Source: Methanobacteriota archaeon (GTDB lineage Archaea; Thermoplasmatota; Poseidoniia; Poseidoniales; Poseidoniaceae). Taken from it: a DNA stretch of 34,667 bases. Made by a program: the position numbers and the translations under genes. Under the pieces are notes generated by a model. That model saw only the letters and a program-made list of their open reading frames with translations, did not search any database and was not told the DNA's origin. How positions within the stretch are numbered: position 1 is the first letter of the stretch; each line of letters begins with the position of its first letter. Below, one piece after another: positions 25,461-34,369 of the stretch. The stretch is taken from contig PBSP01000065.1 of assembly GCA_002726845.1 (NCBI GenBank), positions 1 to 34,667 of the forward strand, given 5' to 3'.

Positions 25461-26900
25461 TCATCCCACCAAAGCTTCCCGGATGCGCATGATTGGACCA
25501 CCATCACCAACCGGAATGGTTTGTCCTTTGCCACATATACCAGGGCTTGCGAGTCGCGCGTCTTTTGTCAATCCGTCAACGTCGTTGAGGATTTGAAGTG
25601 TTAAACCGCTTATGCTTACGTCTCGAAGCGGTTTCGTGATTTCGCCGTTTTCGATGAGATACGCTTCCTGAGCGGCGAATTGGAAGGAGCCACGACCCGT
25701 ATCTACTTGCCCACCTCTGGTGCCGCAAGCATACACGCCGTAGTGAATGTCTTCCACAAGTTCATCGATGTCGTTGAATGAACCGCCCATGATCATGGTG
25801 TTTGACATACGCACCAGTGGATGATGCAATCCGTCTTGTGCACGAGCTCCTGCATTCGGTTCAATTCCAAAATGGTGAGCAGTTTCTCGATGGTTGAGAT
25901 ATTCTGTCAAAATTCCGTTCTTGATGAGCGTCTTTTTGACGGTTTCCAATCCTTCATCATCGATTGGATAGGAGCCATAACCGCCTCGAATTGTTGGATC
26001 GTCGATGACGGTGACGATTTCGTTGCCAATTTTTTGGCCGAGTTTTCCGTCCAAACATGAATCGCCAGCAGCGACAAGATCTGCCTCACATGGATGACCC
26101 AGTGCTTCGTGAATGTAGACTCCAGTTAAATCTCGGTCGGCGACCAATGGCAACTTGCCGCTTGGGGCACGTTCTGATTTGAGCAATCGAAGTGCAGATA
26201 TGCGGGCCTGCTCACCAAGCTCGCCGAGGTCGCACGCCTCGATAAGTTCGAGCCCACCCTCGCCTCCATGACGCATTCTATAGGACACAGGTGCGCCTCC
26301 GTCACGGGCTGTAACCATGCCGTTGACCAGCGAGCGCTGGAACGACCATGTTCGGTCCATGCCTTCGGTTGTCAAAAGTTCCGTATGCAAATGCTCATCA
26401 GACCAGCCACATGATACTGAGATAATGCGTTCGTCATCGTTTGCAGAATGATGAATCGATTGCAGCATTTCCAACTTGGTTTCCAAGCTTGTGTCGCGAA
26501 CGTCTTTTTTCGGCCTCCAATGGATTTCATCTTCAAGCACTGGAATTTCGGCGAGTTGGATGGGTTTGGAGCCGCTCGGTCGACGGGCAGCAACCGCACG
26601 TGCGAGTTTGACAGTTGCTTCGATTTCATTGGGAATGTTGGAAACATCTGTGGTGGAATGAACCCCCCATGCGCCATCTGCAAGTATTCGTAGCGTCGCT
26701 CCAATTTCTTGCCCCGGGATTGCGTGTTCCAATTGTCCATCTTTGAGACGAACCGATGAGGTTGTCTCAGCCATCAATCGGATTTCAGCATAACTTGCTC
26801 CGAAACCCAAAGCTTGCTCAAGCGCATTGTTCATTCGGGTACGATCGAGATACTTGCTTGAGCGAACGTGGTCCGGCGCATTTTGAGATTGGATGACCAT
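25461..26900 (-). CDS. tldD: TldD family metalloprotease
   Basis: HEALGHPCEAD metal motif, DDPT...GSYPIDDEG, RMSNT, GGQVD..G.F.F, CGKGQTIPVGDGGP. Start uncertain (ATG 26900 chosen). Confidence 0.93.
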   Translation of the reverse strand: MVIQSQNAPDHVRSSKYLDRTRMNNALEQALGFGASYAEIRLMAETTSSVRLKDGQLEHAIPGQEIGATLRILADGAWGVHSTTDVSNIPNEIEATVKLARAVAARRPSGSKPIQLAEIPVLEDEIHWRPKKDVRDTSLETKLEMLQSIHHSANDDERIISVSCGWSDEHLHTELLTTEGMDRTWSFQRSLVNGMVTARDGGAPVSYRMRHGGEGGLELIEACDLGELGEQARISALRLLKSERAPSGKLPLVADRDLTGVYIHEALGHPCEADLVAAGDSCLDGKLGQKIGNEIVTVIDDPTIRGGYGSYPIDDEGLETVKKTLIKNGILTEYLNHRETAHHFGIEPNAGARAQDGLHHPLVRMSNTMIMGGSFNDIDELVEDIHYGVYACGTRGGQVDTGRGSFQFAAQEAYLIENGEITKPLRDVSISGLTLQILNDVDGLTKDARLASPGICGKGQTIPVGDGGPIMRIREALVG

Positions 26901-27014
26901 GAGCGTCCTTGTACAGGGGGGTGTTTGAACTCTTTGCTCCAACCATTGAGACGTTCTTCTTTTCGATTAATGTGATGCGACTGTGAAATCACAACCGTTC
27001 TTTTGACCAATCCG

Positions 27015-27566
27015 TTATTGGGCGTTGCCAACATCGGAGAGGAGAATATGACCGATCAAAGAGGCTTCGATGCGGCTTGAATCAAGAGAGTCATCCAAGG
27101 AGATGCCAAGGGCTCGAGCGCCGTTTGCATCGATTTTTAGGATTTCAGAAGTCATGTCCAGACCCAGATTTGTTAGCAGGCTCTCAGCATGATGTTTCAT
27201 TGATTCGACATCCAACGCTGAGGATTGGTCGGGAATATGGAGAAGCCAACCTGCAGTCGATCCGTTTGCAAGACCTGCCCGTTTGAAAGCCTCAGAAACA
27301 TTGTGCGTTCCTGCAAGAACTCTCAAAAATTCAGCATCGAGGGAACGTGCTTGCGCTGTCCCACGTTCTGTATTTCGGTTGCTTACGGTTGTAGCCGTCC
27401 ACAATTGACGGGTTGTTTGAGCGACTTCAGACCTACAGAAAACCCAGCGGTTGTTTGGTACGATCTTTTGAAATGTCTTAACGAAGGAAGACAAATCGAT
27501 AGGCTCCTTACTCTCCCATGACCAACATGGAAATGTATCCCACATTGCAAAGACCTGTACCATCAT
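27015..27566 (-). CDS. cgi121: KEOPS complex subunit Cgi121
   Basis: ARSLDAEFLRVLAGTHNVSEAFKRAGL matches the Cgi121 signature. It lies immediately downstream of hel308, an arrangement known in haloarchaea. Confidence 0.8.
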   Translation of the reverse strand: MMVQVFAMWDTFPCWSWESKEPIDLSSFVKTFQKIVPNNRWVFCRSEVAQTTRQLWTATTVSNRNTERGTAQARSLDAEFLRVLAGTHNVSEAFKRAGLANGSTAGWLLHIPDQSSALDVESMKHHAESLLTNLGLDMTSEILKIDANGARALGISLDDSLDSSRIEASLIGHILLSDVGNAQ

Positions 27567-27578
27567 TGGTCATGAACT

Positions 27579-30155
27579 CTACGCCCAATCCTCTCCATCG
27601 AGCGGCAAATCGTCACTTCGATTCTTCCTCGGAGCCTGACGTTGTTCAATTTGAGCGACCTTTTTCACTTCGGTTAATATGTTCTCAACGAGCTTTGGAC
27701 CCCACCCTCTCCATGATGCGATTTTTTGTCGGTCCCCTCGAGTCATTGCCAGCACGTCTTTTGGTGTCCGTATTCCAATGGATGCAAGCGAACGAGCCCG
27801 CTGCCTCCCCACGTGACGGATTTTGACCAGTCTCAACAAGTCAGCCTTGCATCCGTGACGAACACGTTGTCGAAGGGTATCAAGAGCAGTGGATAACTCA
27901 GCAATGATCGGCATGTGTTCATCAGCAAAGACGTCATCGGTGAGAAGGATTTCACGGCCAGCATACAGCAACCATTCCATCAAATCCACACGATGATGAA
28001 CGTCACCTGGAGAAACGTCGAGTTGCTTCTCAATATCTCTTAGGGTCTCTTCCTCAAACCAGTGTTCCAAACACCATGCAGATTTAACGAGGCCAAGATG
28101 GCGCTCTTCGTATGGAATATCGTGCAGGAGCTCATCTTCGACTGCAGCAGCTTTCAATTGCAAATCTGAGCCGAATGTGAGGTCGGCTGTCTTTGCCCAC
28201 AGAGAAGCAAAATCCGGTGTGCTGCATGCAAGGTGAGTCAATCCAAATTCACTTACAGGACCGTCTTGACGAACCATCCGTCGAACGGCACGACGCATGC
28301 CTGTGCGCAAAATCGATGCCGATAGCGGATCGAGATACAACTGTGCGACGCGCTCACCAATAGGGGTCGCCTCATATTTCATCGCAGGTGGTTCGATGGT
28401 TGCATCATTCCACCCACCGACGTTGTTGAGCGATGTTGCAGAGACAAATCCGAGGGAGGGTTTGCCGTGCGATGAACGCAGCGGTGCGGTTGTGGTTTCT
28501 TCATTGAGCGTAACACCTCCCGAATCCTGAGCCACGCTTACCCATGAGGGAACCTCATCATCCCATGTCTCATCTTCATCAATCGCCTGGTTCTGGCGTC
28601 GTAATTCGTATGAATCATCCACTCCGAGCCTCCTGAGAAAACGTTCCTCAACCAACCAATCCAGCATAGAATCGAGACGTTCTTGCAATTGGTTGGTGGG
28701 CATGGTTGCACCCAAGAACGTCGCATCGAAGAACGAACCGATCGCTTCTCGATGAACCAAGCCTCCAGTCGCAACACAAGACAGGAGATGCATTCTCATT
28801 GCAGGCTCAGCGGACAACTTTGAGGATATGTCTTCGATGGGGCCGAAGAAATAACGCTCGCTGACATCGTCAGCAACTTGCCAACCGTCCGTTCCCTTGC
28901 ACAAAACCCATGCCTCACCAATGGGGTCATAACGAGGCCTTCCTGCACGGCCAAGCATTTGGTGCACTTCCATTACCGGTAAAGGGCGGCTCATGCCATC
29001 GTCCCAACGTTTGATGTCACGAACCAGAACCCGGCGGGCAGGAAGGTTGACGCCGGCAGCAAGTGTTGGAGTTGCGCACAAAGCTAGGACAAGACCGTCT
29101 TTGAAAGCGGATTCAATGGTCTGCCGTTGACGGTGTGTAAGGCCTGCATGATGGAAGGCTACGCCTCCACGTAGGCACTGTGCAAGGAGTTCACCCATAC
29201 TGGTTTGCGTTCTTCCCTCGAGGGATTCTGCGAGTTTATCCAACTCAAGCAAACGCTCTGGATCGTCTTTGGCGAAGCGTTTTTTCACCCGTTCGGACAG
29301 TTTCTTGGCTTCAGATTGCGCACTTCGTCGAGTCCCAACAAAAATCAGGACTTGTCCACCGTGTTCGATGGTGTCTTGAACAACAATCCAGGTTGGATGG
29401 CTGAGAGGTCCCTCGAGATGTCGGGGAGGCGACAGTGCTTGTGTGGATGAATCAACCGATGAGGATTGTATTTTTCGTGGTTCTAAGTGCCGGTCATGTA
29501 GGGTAGCATACTCTAAATCCACCGGACGCCAGTCGGATTGAACCAAACTCGCATCAAGCCATTCGGCGAGTGCTTCGCAATTTCCGACCGTTGCTGATAA
29601 TGCAATCAGTTGAGCATTCGGTCGCAAGGTGCGTAACCTGGTCAGGTTGATCTCAAGAGTCGGTCCACGAGAACCGTCGTGCAACAGATGGAATTCGTCT
29701 GCAACCACGATGGATACGTTGCTCATCAATTCGGAGCGCGTTCTCATCAACGAATCCAACTTTTCAGATGTGCAGATGAGTATGTCAGAATCATCGATGT
29801 TTTTGGCTTCGGCAGTCGCATCACCAATTCCAAGTCCGACCTTCAGTCCCAAATGCTGCCCCAACGTCTTCAGTTCATCGAATTTTTCACTCGCGAGAGC
29901 TTTGAGAGGTACGATGTAAACGGCTCTCGATCCAGGATTTACGGTAAGGAGTTGATTGATAATCGCTATGTAAGCAACGAGTGACTTGCCTGAAGCAGTT
30001 GGAATTGCGAGCAAGATATTGTTCCGTTCAAACAATGGCTTCATTGCATCATGTTGGGGAGGATGCAAACGTTCGATTCCCCAATTCGTTGCAAAAAATT
30101 CGATGGCTTGAACAGGCAAAGAAAGGTTTCGTAGATGCCTTTCTCCCTCGCCCAT
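27579..30155 (-). CDS. hel308: Ski2-like SF2 DNA helicase Hel308/Hjm
   Basis: LHPPQ, PTASGKSL, VPLKALASEK, DEFH, SAT, AFHHAGL, TPTLAAGVNLPAR, QMLGRAGRP, LYLDP, RVRHG...RARSL. Start at ATG 30155. Confidence 0.95.
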   Translation of the reverse strand: MGEGERHLRNLSLPVQAIEFFATNWGIERLHPPQHDAMKPLFERNNILLAIPTASGKSLVAYIAIINQLLTVNPGSRAVYIVPLKALASEKFDELKTLGQHLGLKVGLGIGDATAEAKNIDDSDILICTSEKLDSLMRTRSELMSNVSIVVADEFHLLHDGSRGPTLEINLTRLRTLRPNAQLIALSATVGNCEALAEWLDASLVQSDWRPVDLEYATLHDRHLEPRKIQSSSVDSSTQALSPPRHLEGPLSHPTWIVVQDTIEHGGQVLIFVGTRRSAQSEAKKLSERVKKRFAKDDPERLLELDKLAESLEGRTQTSMGELLAQCLRGGVAFHHAGLTHRQRQTIESAFKDGLVLALCATPTLAAGVNLPARRVLVRDIKRWDDGMSRPLPVMEVHQMLGRAGRPRYDPIGEAWVLCKGTDGWQVADDVSERYFFGPIEDISSKLSAEPAMRMHLLSCVATGGLVHREAIGSFFDATFLGATMPTNQLQERLDSMLDWLVEERFLRRLGVDDSYELRRQNQAIDEDETWDDEVPSWVSVAQDSGGVTLNEETTTAPLRSSHGKPSLGFVSATSLNNVGGWNDATIEPPAMKYEATPIGERVAQLYLDPLSASILRTGMRRAVRRMVRQDGPVSEFGLTHLACSTPDFASLWAKTADLTFGSDLQLKAAAVEDELLHDIPYEERHLGLVKSAWCLEHWFEEETLRDIEKQLDVSPGDVHHRVDLMEWLLYAGREILLTDDVFADEHMPIIAELSTALDTLRQRVRHGCKADLLRLVKIRHVGRQRARSLASIGIRTPKDVLAMTRGDRQKIASWRGWGPKLVENILTEVKKVAQIEQRQAPRKNRSDDLPLDGEDWA

Positions 30156-30242
30156 GACCGTAGGTTGTGCCAACGGCTGAAAAGGAATGCGCTTTGTCCT
30201 CGATGCCGACACGCATAAGACCTTCCAGTCTCTACGGAGTTT

Positions 30243-30749
30243 ATGGACGACCAATCCGAACTCTTAGTCGAACAACGCCTGTCTGTGTTTTCTGATGAAC
30301 CTGATCTCAACGATTGGTTCGAAGTCATGTGCGGTGCTGCCATGGCCGTTCTCGGTCTTTTTCATCTCGTGACACCCGGTGAGTTGGTTGACCCTGATTT
30401 GATGCGATGGTTTGCAGCAGCTGTTATTGCGGCTGGGGCAGTTTGGGCCGGTCACGGACTCAAGGACATGGCTGTCAAGGAGATGCGACGTTCTGCGGCT
30501 ATGATGGAGTTGACCGCATCCGCAGCATCGCAAGGAAGCGTCGATCACGGTCTCATTCGTGATGTCCTCCTTAATCCTGACGCGTACAAAGAATTCCTCA
30601 CAAAGGCGTACGAAGAAGCATGGGAAGATGGTATCATTACCGAAGATGAACTCATCGACTTGAAGCGGTTCCAAAGTGCGTTGGGAATCAGCGATGAAGA
30701 CGCAGAGGACATCTCCGAGAAGGCAAAGAAGACATCCTCAGAAGACTGA
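30243..30749 (+). CDS. Hypothetical membrane protein (2 TM) with C-terminal TerB-like/EF-hand-like helical motif
   Basis: GGAG RBS, two hydrophobic segments, C-terminal AWEDGIITEDELIDL...LGIS. Confidence 0.75.
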   Translation: MDDQSELLVEQRLSVFSDEPDLNDWFEVMCGAAMAVLGLFHLVTPGELVDPDLMRWFAAAVIAAGAVWAGHGLKDMAVKEMRRSAAMMELTASAASQGSVDHGLIRDVLLNPDAYKEFLTKAYEEAWEDGIITEDELIDLKRFQSALGISDEDAEDISEKAKKTSSED

Positions 30750-32765
30750 AGTCCAAATTGAGTCTTTGGTATCATAGGCTATGGACGAACGCTTGGCTTT
30801 TCTTCTTCGATGTTCGTCGTTGAGGACGAAGGTCAATCCGATGGCTAGGCATACAACAGTGATAACCCCAGCATAGGGCATGAAGCCACCGGAAGAACGC
30901 AATGCGTTGAAGGTAGGCGAGTCTTCAACATCAAATTGGGTCGAATATTCAATTTGCAAATCGAGGAGATCAAGAGCACAATCGCACAATGTCACGGTGA
31001 TTCTATCGGGATAAATGGCGGTCTGCAATCGCTTCCATGCTGCATCGTCGATTCCTGCAGGCCGAGTCGACCAGGTTGGTGATGTGAGTGAACCAAACGA
31101 CGTTGTTTCAATCATCGTTGTTTCAATACGGTAAATCGAAGTGGTTGGCTTTTCATCAACCACGAGAAGCGCTTCTAACATCATCAAATCAAGGAGTAAC
31201 GCTCGTGTGGCAACAATGGAAAATTGGACAATGTGTTCATCCAATCCGTCCATTATGCGTCCATCTCGAGCCTCAGAAATTTGGTTAAAGATGAGCTGAT
31301 CCAAGCGAATTTCATCAATTCCATTTACTTGGAGTTGCCATCTTCCGTCGTCTCTCTCATAGGCTGATTCGATTTCCAACCACAGATTCAAACGCTCACT
31401 GTTTCGAATACCGAACGTGGCGCCAACGTGCTCAATCATCGTTGCTTCGGGCGTAGCAGGGCTTGAGACATCCCACAATTGCTGTACTCTCTGCTCCAGA
31501 AGTTGGTCAATGGACCACTCGGATTCGGATTGAATTTCATCAGCCATAGCCCAGAGTGGGTTTACAATACCGCTCAGGATTAAGAGAACGATTGAAGGAA
31601 CCAACAGTGCCATACGCTTGGTTTTTGAGCTAGGGTTACGATACAAGTGAGTCACGAAAAAAATGAGGAATCCGACAACAGGGAATATGTAAAGGCCGCT
31701 GTGTGGTTCAAGTTGTCGTTCTTCTCCCGCTGAGAAATCGAAATATTGAGTTCTGTATTCGACTTTACCTTCAAACTCTGAGGAATCGGTTGGTCCTTTG
31801 CTCTCCACAGCATAAACTCCGCTCCATATGTAAGGTTGGAAACGATCGGTTTGACCGTTCAAACAAAACACGTAGGAACCGGGATCCAGCGCTCTCCAGC
31901 GGTAACTTGTGGTGACCTGATCACCTTCTGCTTTGGTGACGATTTCTGGTGATTGGACTTGGAGACCGTTGGAAGTTCGCAATCGATGAAGCCCGTTACT
32001 CTGCTGCAACTCAAGTGGAACATCCTCCCACTGTATGAGAATTCGAATGATTTCATTCGGTTCAATTTCAAATGACCAGCAATCGGAATCGTCATCGACG
32101 AGGGCTCCGTAGTGTACCTCCTCAAGAGCGGTTGATTTTGGTTGCAGTGCACTCGTCGGCTCGTCCACATCCTTTGCGGCTATGTTTTCCGACCAAGCGA
32201 TGTTCAAGTCGAGGAAGGAGGAACCGCGTAAATGCAATTCCCACGTAGACGGACGGTCGATGGTAAAAACGATTCGAGCCCGAACAACATCGCCTGGCCA
32301 AAGAAGTCTTCCATTATCTAAGTTCAATGGCTCATCAACCCATCGATAACCTGTCTCAGAACCGATTGTGGGCAACTCAGAGCCGCCCGACTCAAGCGTT
32401 GTTACGCTCGAACCGATGATCAGTTTGACCTCCAGTTCAGGCGTGTATACACCTGCTGCGTCACCTTGGACACGCAAGTCGATGATTAATTCATCAAGAA
32501 CATCAGGAAGGACGGCAAGTTCGGTTTGTTCAGGAAACATATCAAATTCAATCGCTACGGATTCTGTGAACAATGGGTTGGCTTGGACAGAACCGGTTAC
32601 AATCTCCTCACCTATTGGAATCGGTGTTAATTGACAAAGATCATCGGAATCGCATGAAAAATAGAGGACAGAGCCTGTTTCTGCATCGGTCAAAGAGGCG
32701 TTGGCTTGAGTCGGTATGGTGCAAAGAAGAGCCACGAGGATTGCCCAACGAAACCCCGATAGCAT
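30738..32765 (-). CDS. Hypothetical multi-domain membrane/surface protein
   Basis: GAGGT RBS, Sec signal peptide (..QANA|SL), acidic beta-rich region with a PPC-like D.DCWSF motif, two central TMs, a second soluble region, and a C-terminal TM followed by RRRKAKR. Confidence 0.8.
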   Translation of the reverse strand: MLSGFRWAILVALLCTIPTQANASLTDAETGSVLYFSCDSDDLCQLTPIPIGEEIVTGSVQANPLFTESVAIEFDMFPEQTELAVLPDVLDELIIDLRVQGDAAGVYTPELEVKLIIGSSVTTLESGGSELPTIGSETGYRWVDEPLNLDNGRLLWPGDVVRARIVFTIDRPSTWELHLRGSSFLDLNIAWSENIAAKDVDEPTSALQPKSTALEEVHYGALVDDDSDCWSFEIEPNEIIRILIQWEDVPLELQQSNGLHRLRTSNGLQVQSPEIVTKAEGDQVTTSYRWRALDPGSYVFCLNGQTDRFQPYIWSGVYAVESKGPTDSSEFEGKVEYRTQYFDFSAGEERQLEPHSGLYIFPVVGFLIFFVTHLYRNPSSKTKRMALLVPSIVLLILSGIVNPLWAMADEIQSESEWSIDQLLEQRVQQLWDVSSPATPEATMIEHVGATFGIRNSERLNLWLEIESAYERDDGRWQLQVNGIDEIRLDQLIFNQISEARDGRIMDGLDEHIVQFSIVATRALLLDLMMLEALLVVDEKPTTSIYRIETTMIETTSFGSLTSPTWSTRPAGIDDAAWKRLQTAIYPDRITVTLCDCALDLLDLQIEYSTQFDVEDSPTFNALRSSGGFMPYAGVITVVCLAIGLTFVLNDEHRRRKAKRSSIAYDTKDSIWTSVF

Positions 32766-32801
32766 GCGATGACCTCGTCTCTCCGAGTTATGATGCCTTG
32801 T

Positions 32802-33344
32802 TTAGTTTGTTTCCTGTATGTTTGCAACATCGACAAGAGTCGTTGAACACGCCCGACATCTAAAACGGCCGTTTGACCTTCGTTTTCGAGGATATTTCTT
32901 GTTGCAGGTTGTGCAAACCCACAGCCATGTTGCAGAACGCTTTCGCAGGAATTGTGTAAATTCGCGTCCACGTTGGGAGCCTGAAAACGGCCAGTGGCTT
33001 TCCAGCTTACGAAAAGTTGCGTCATGAAATCGATTGCCTAGAGCGTGAAGATATTCATGATACAAAACAAACCGGGCATAATCGTTCCAATCTTCATGCA
33101 ACAAGTGTGGGTGGAGATCGATTGTTTCAACATCCTCAGTTTTCAGTTCAGATGCATTCGCACCTCGACGAAAGCGAGTCACTCCATGACGTTGCGTAGC
33201 GTTTTTTCTGAGCACAGCGAGTGGGATGTCATGGAGCGGATGAATCCGCTCTTCTTCCCAATAATTCATGGTAACCATCTGGTCAATGACCACATGTTTC
33301 AATTGCAACAAAGCATCAGTTTGCATCTTGGATGGTTTGGCCAT
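32802..33344 (-). CDS. SprT-like zinc metalloprotease domain protein with zinc ribbon
   Basis: VLYHEYLHAL...HDATF (HExxH + H), C-terminal CTTC...RCRAC, basic patch KKYPRKRR. Confidence 0.85.
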   Translation of the reverse strand: MAKPSKMQTDALLQLKHVVIDQMVTMNYWEEERIHPLHDIPLAVLRKNATQRHGVTRFRRGANASELKTEDVETIDLHPHLLHEDWNDYARFVLYHEYLHALGNRFHDATFRKLESHWPFSGSQRGREFTQFLRKRSATWLWVCTTCNKKYPRKRRSNGRFRCRACSTTLVDVANIQETN

Positions 33345-33353
33345 GAAAACATC

Positions 33354-33818
33354 TCAACTCCACCGGTGATAAGCAGGGTGCCCCTCCTTCACCGCTACAA
33401 ACAATCCCTTTCCCGTAGCACACAGTTTGTCGTTGGCCTTGAGCTCCATACGAACATGAACGCGATCTTCACCAATTTCTTCAGGATAGGCTTCAACATG
33501 CAATTCAACCCCAAGCGGTGTCGGTCGTCGAAGAGAAACAGAATACGATGCCGTAACGGTGCACGGTGGCTCATCTAGACCGTGTTGGTCCATGAGAGCA
33601 ATGGCTGCAGCCCAATTGCCGTGACAATCAAGTAACGTTCCGATAATTCCTCCGTTCACCATACCGGGAAATGCTTGATGTTCTTCTGACGGTGTGAATT
33701 TCAATTCCAACCCGTTGCCTTTTCGATACGAATCGATTTGCAGTCCTTTTTCATTGGCAGGGCCACAACCAAAACAGATTGACGAAGGGGCATACTGTCG
33801 TTGAACACCCTTATCCAT
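33354..33818 (-). CDS. PaaI family (hotdog-fold) thioesterase
   Basis: CFGCGPANEKGL, HQAFPGMVNGGIIGTLLD, VTA...LRRPTP. Confidence 0.88.
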   Translation of the reverse strand: MDKGVQRQYAPSSICFGCGPANEKGLQIDSYRKGNGLELKFTPSEEHQAFPGMVNGGIIGTLLDCHGNWAAAIALMDQHGLDEPPCTVTASYSVSLRRPTPLGVELHVEAYPEEIGEDRVHVRMELKANDKLCATGKGLFVAVKEGHPAYHRWS

Positions 33819-33885
33819 GGGCACGCCTTGGTTAAGCGGCCCTTAGAGTATCGCCTCTGGCTTACGCTCATTTGGTCCAAAATCC

Positions 33886-33905
33886 AAGGCTTTTGGGAGC
33901 CTTTT
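33886..33905. terminator. Possible stem-loop terminator
   Basis: AAGGCT-TTTGGG-AGCCTT inverted repeat with T-rich flanks, just downstream of the 33918-34241 ORF. Confidence 0.3.
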
Positions 33906-33917
33906 GTTGTTCGCTGT

Positions 33918-34241
33918 TTATCCTTTGAGTTCGTTCTCCAAGTATGTTACGAAGTGATCCATGTGTTTGCGGTATTTCTTCACAAACGATTCGGGGAGTC
34001 GTGAAATGATTGAACCTCTTAATGCTTTCAGGTTCCGTCCCTTCCAGTAGCCTTGCAGTTCACCAAACATTCTCAAGTTCATCAGTTGTTCGCCGAATGA
34101 ATTCTTGCAGCAACGTTTGGTGGTTTTGTTGCTTTTGGAATTGAACTTGACCTGTTTTTTTGTTGTTTGGTCGTAGTTCATTTTGCTGTTTCTTCTCCCT
34201 GTCCGTTTCTTTCTTCCTTTGTTTTTACGATTGTTGTTCAT
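33918..34241 (-). CDS. Hypothetical small, highly basic protein
   Basis: 107 aa ORF with GAGGA RBS and K/R/N-rich N-terminus. No recognisable domain. Confidence 0.5.
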   Translation of the reverse strand: MNNNRKNKGRKKRTGRRNSKMNYDQTTKKQVKFNSKSNKTTKRCCKNSFGEQLMNLRMFGELQGYWKGRNLKALRGSIISRLPESFVKKYRKHMDHFVTYLENELKG

Positions 34242-34369
34242 GCTTTTCTTTCCTCAATTGCTTTCGAATAATGTCGGGCGTTTCCGCCAAACACTCATCT
34301 TTCTATTCGCAAATTACGAGGCCGCTAGAACATAGGAAATCCCACAGGGGTTAAAATCCGTCTTCGAGA

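Noticed and set aside
28380..28625. Intein in Hel308
   Set aside because: Too short, no C/S start with HN-C/S/T end, no LAGLIDADG motif, and not located in a conserved catalytic motif.
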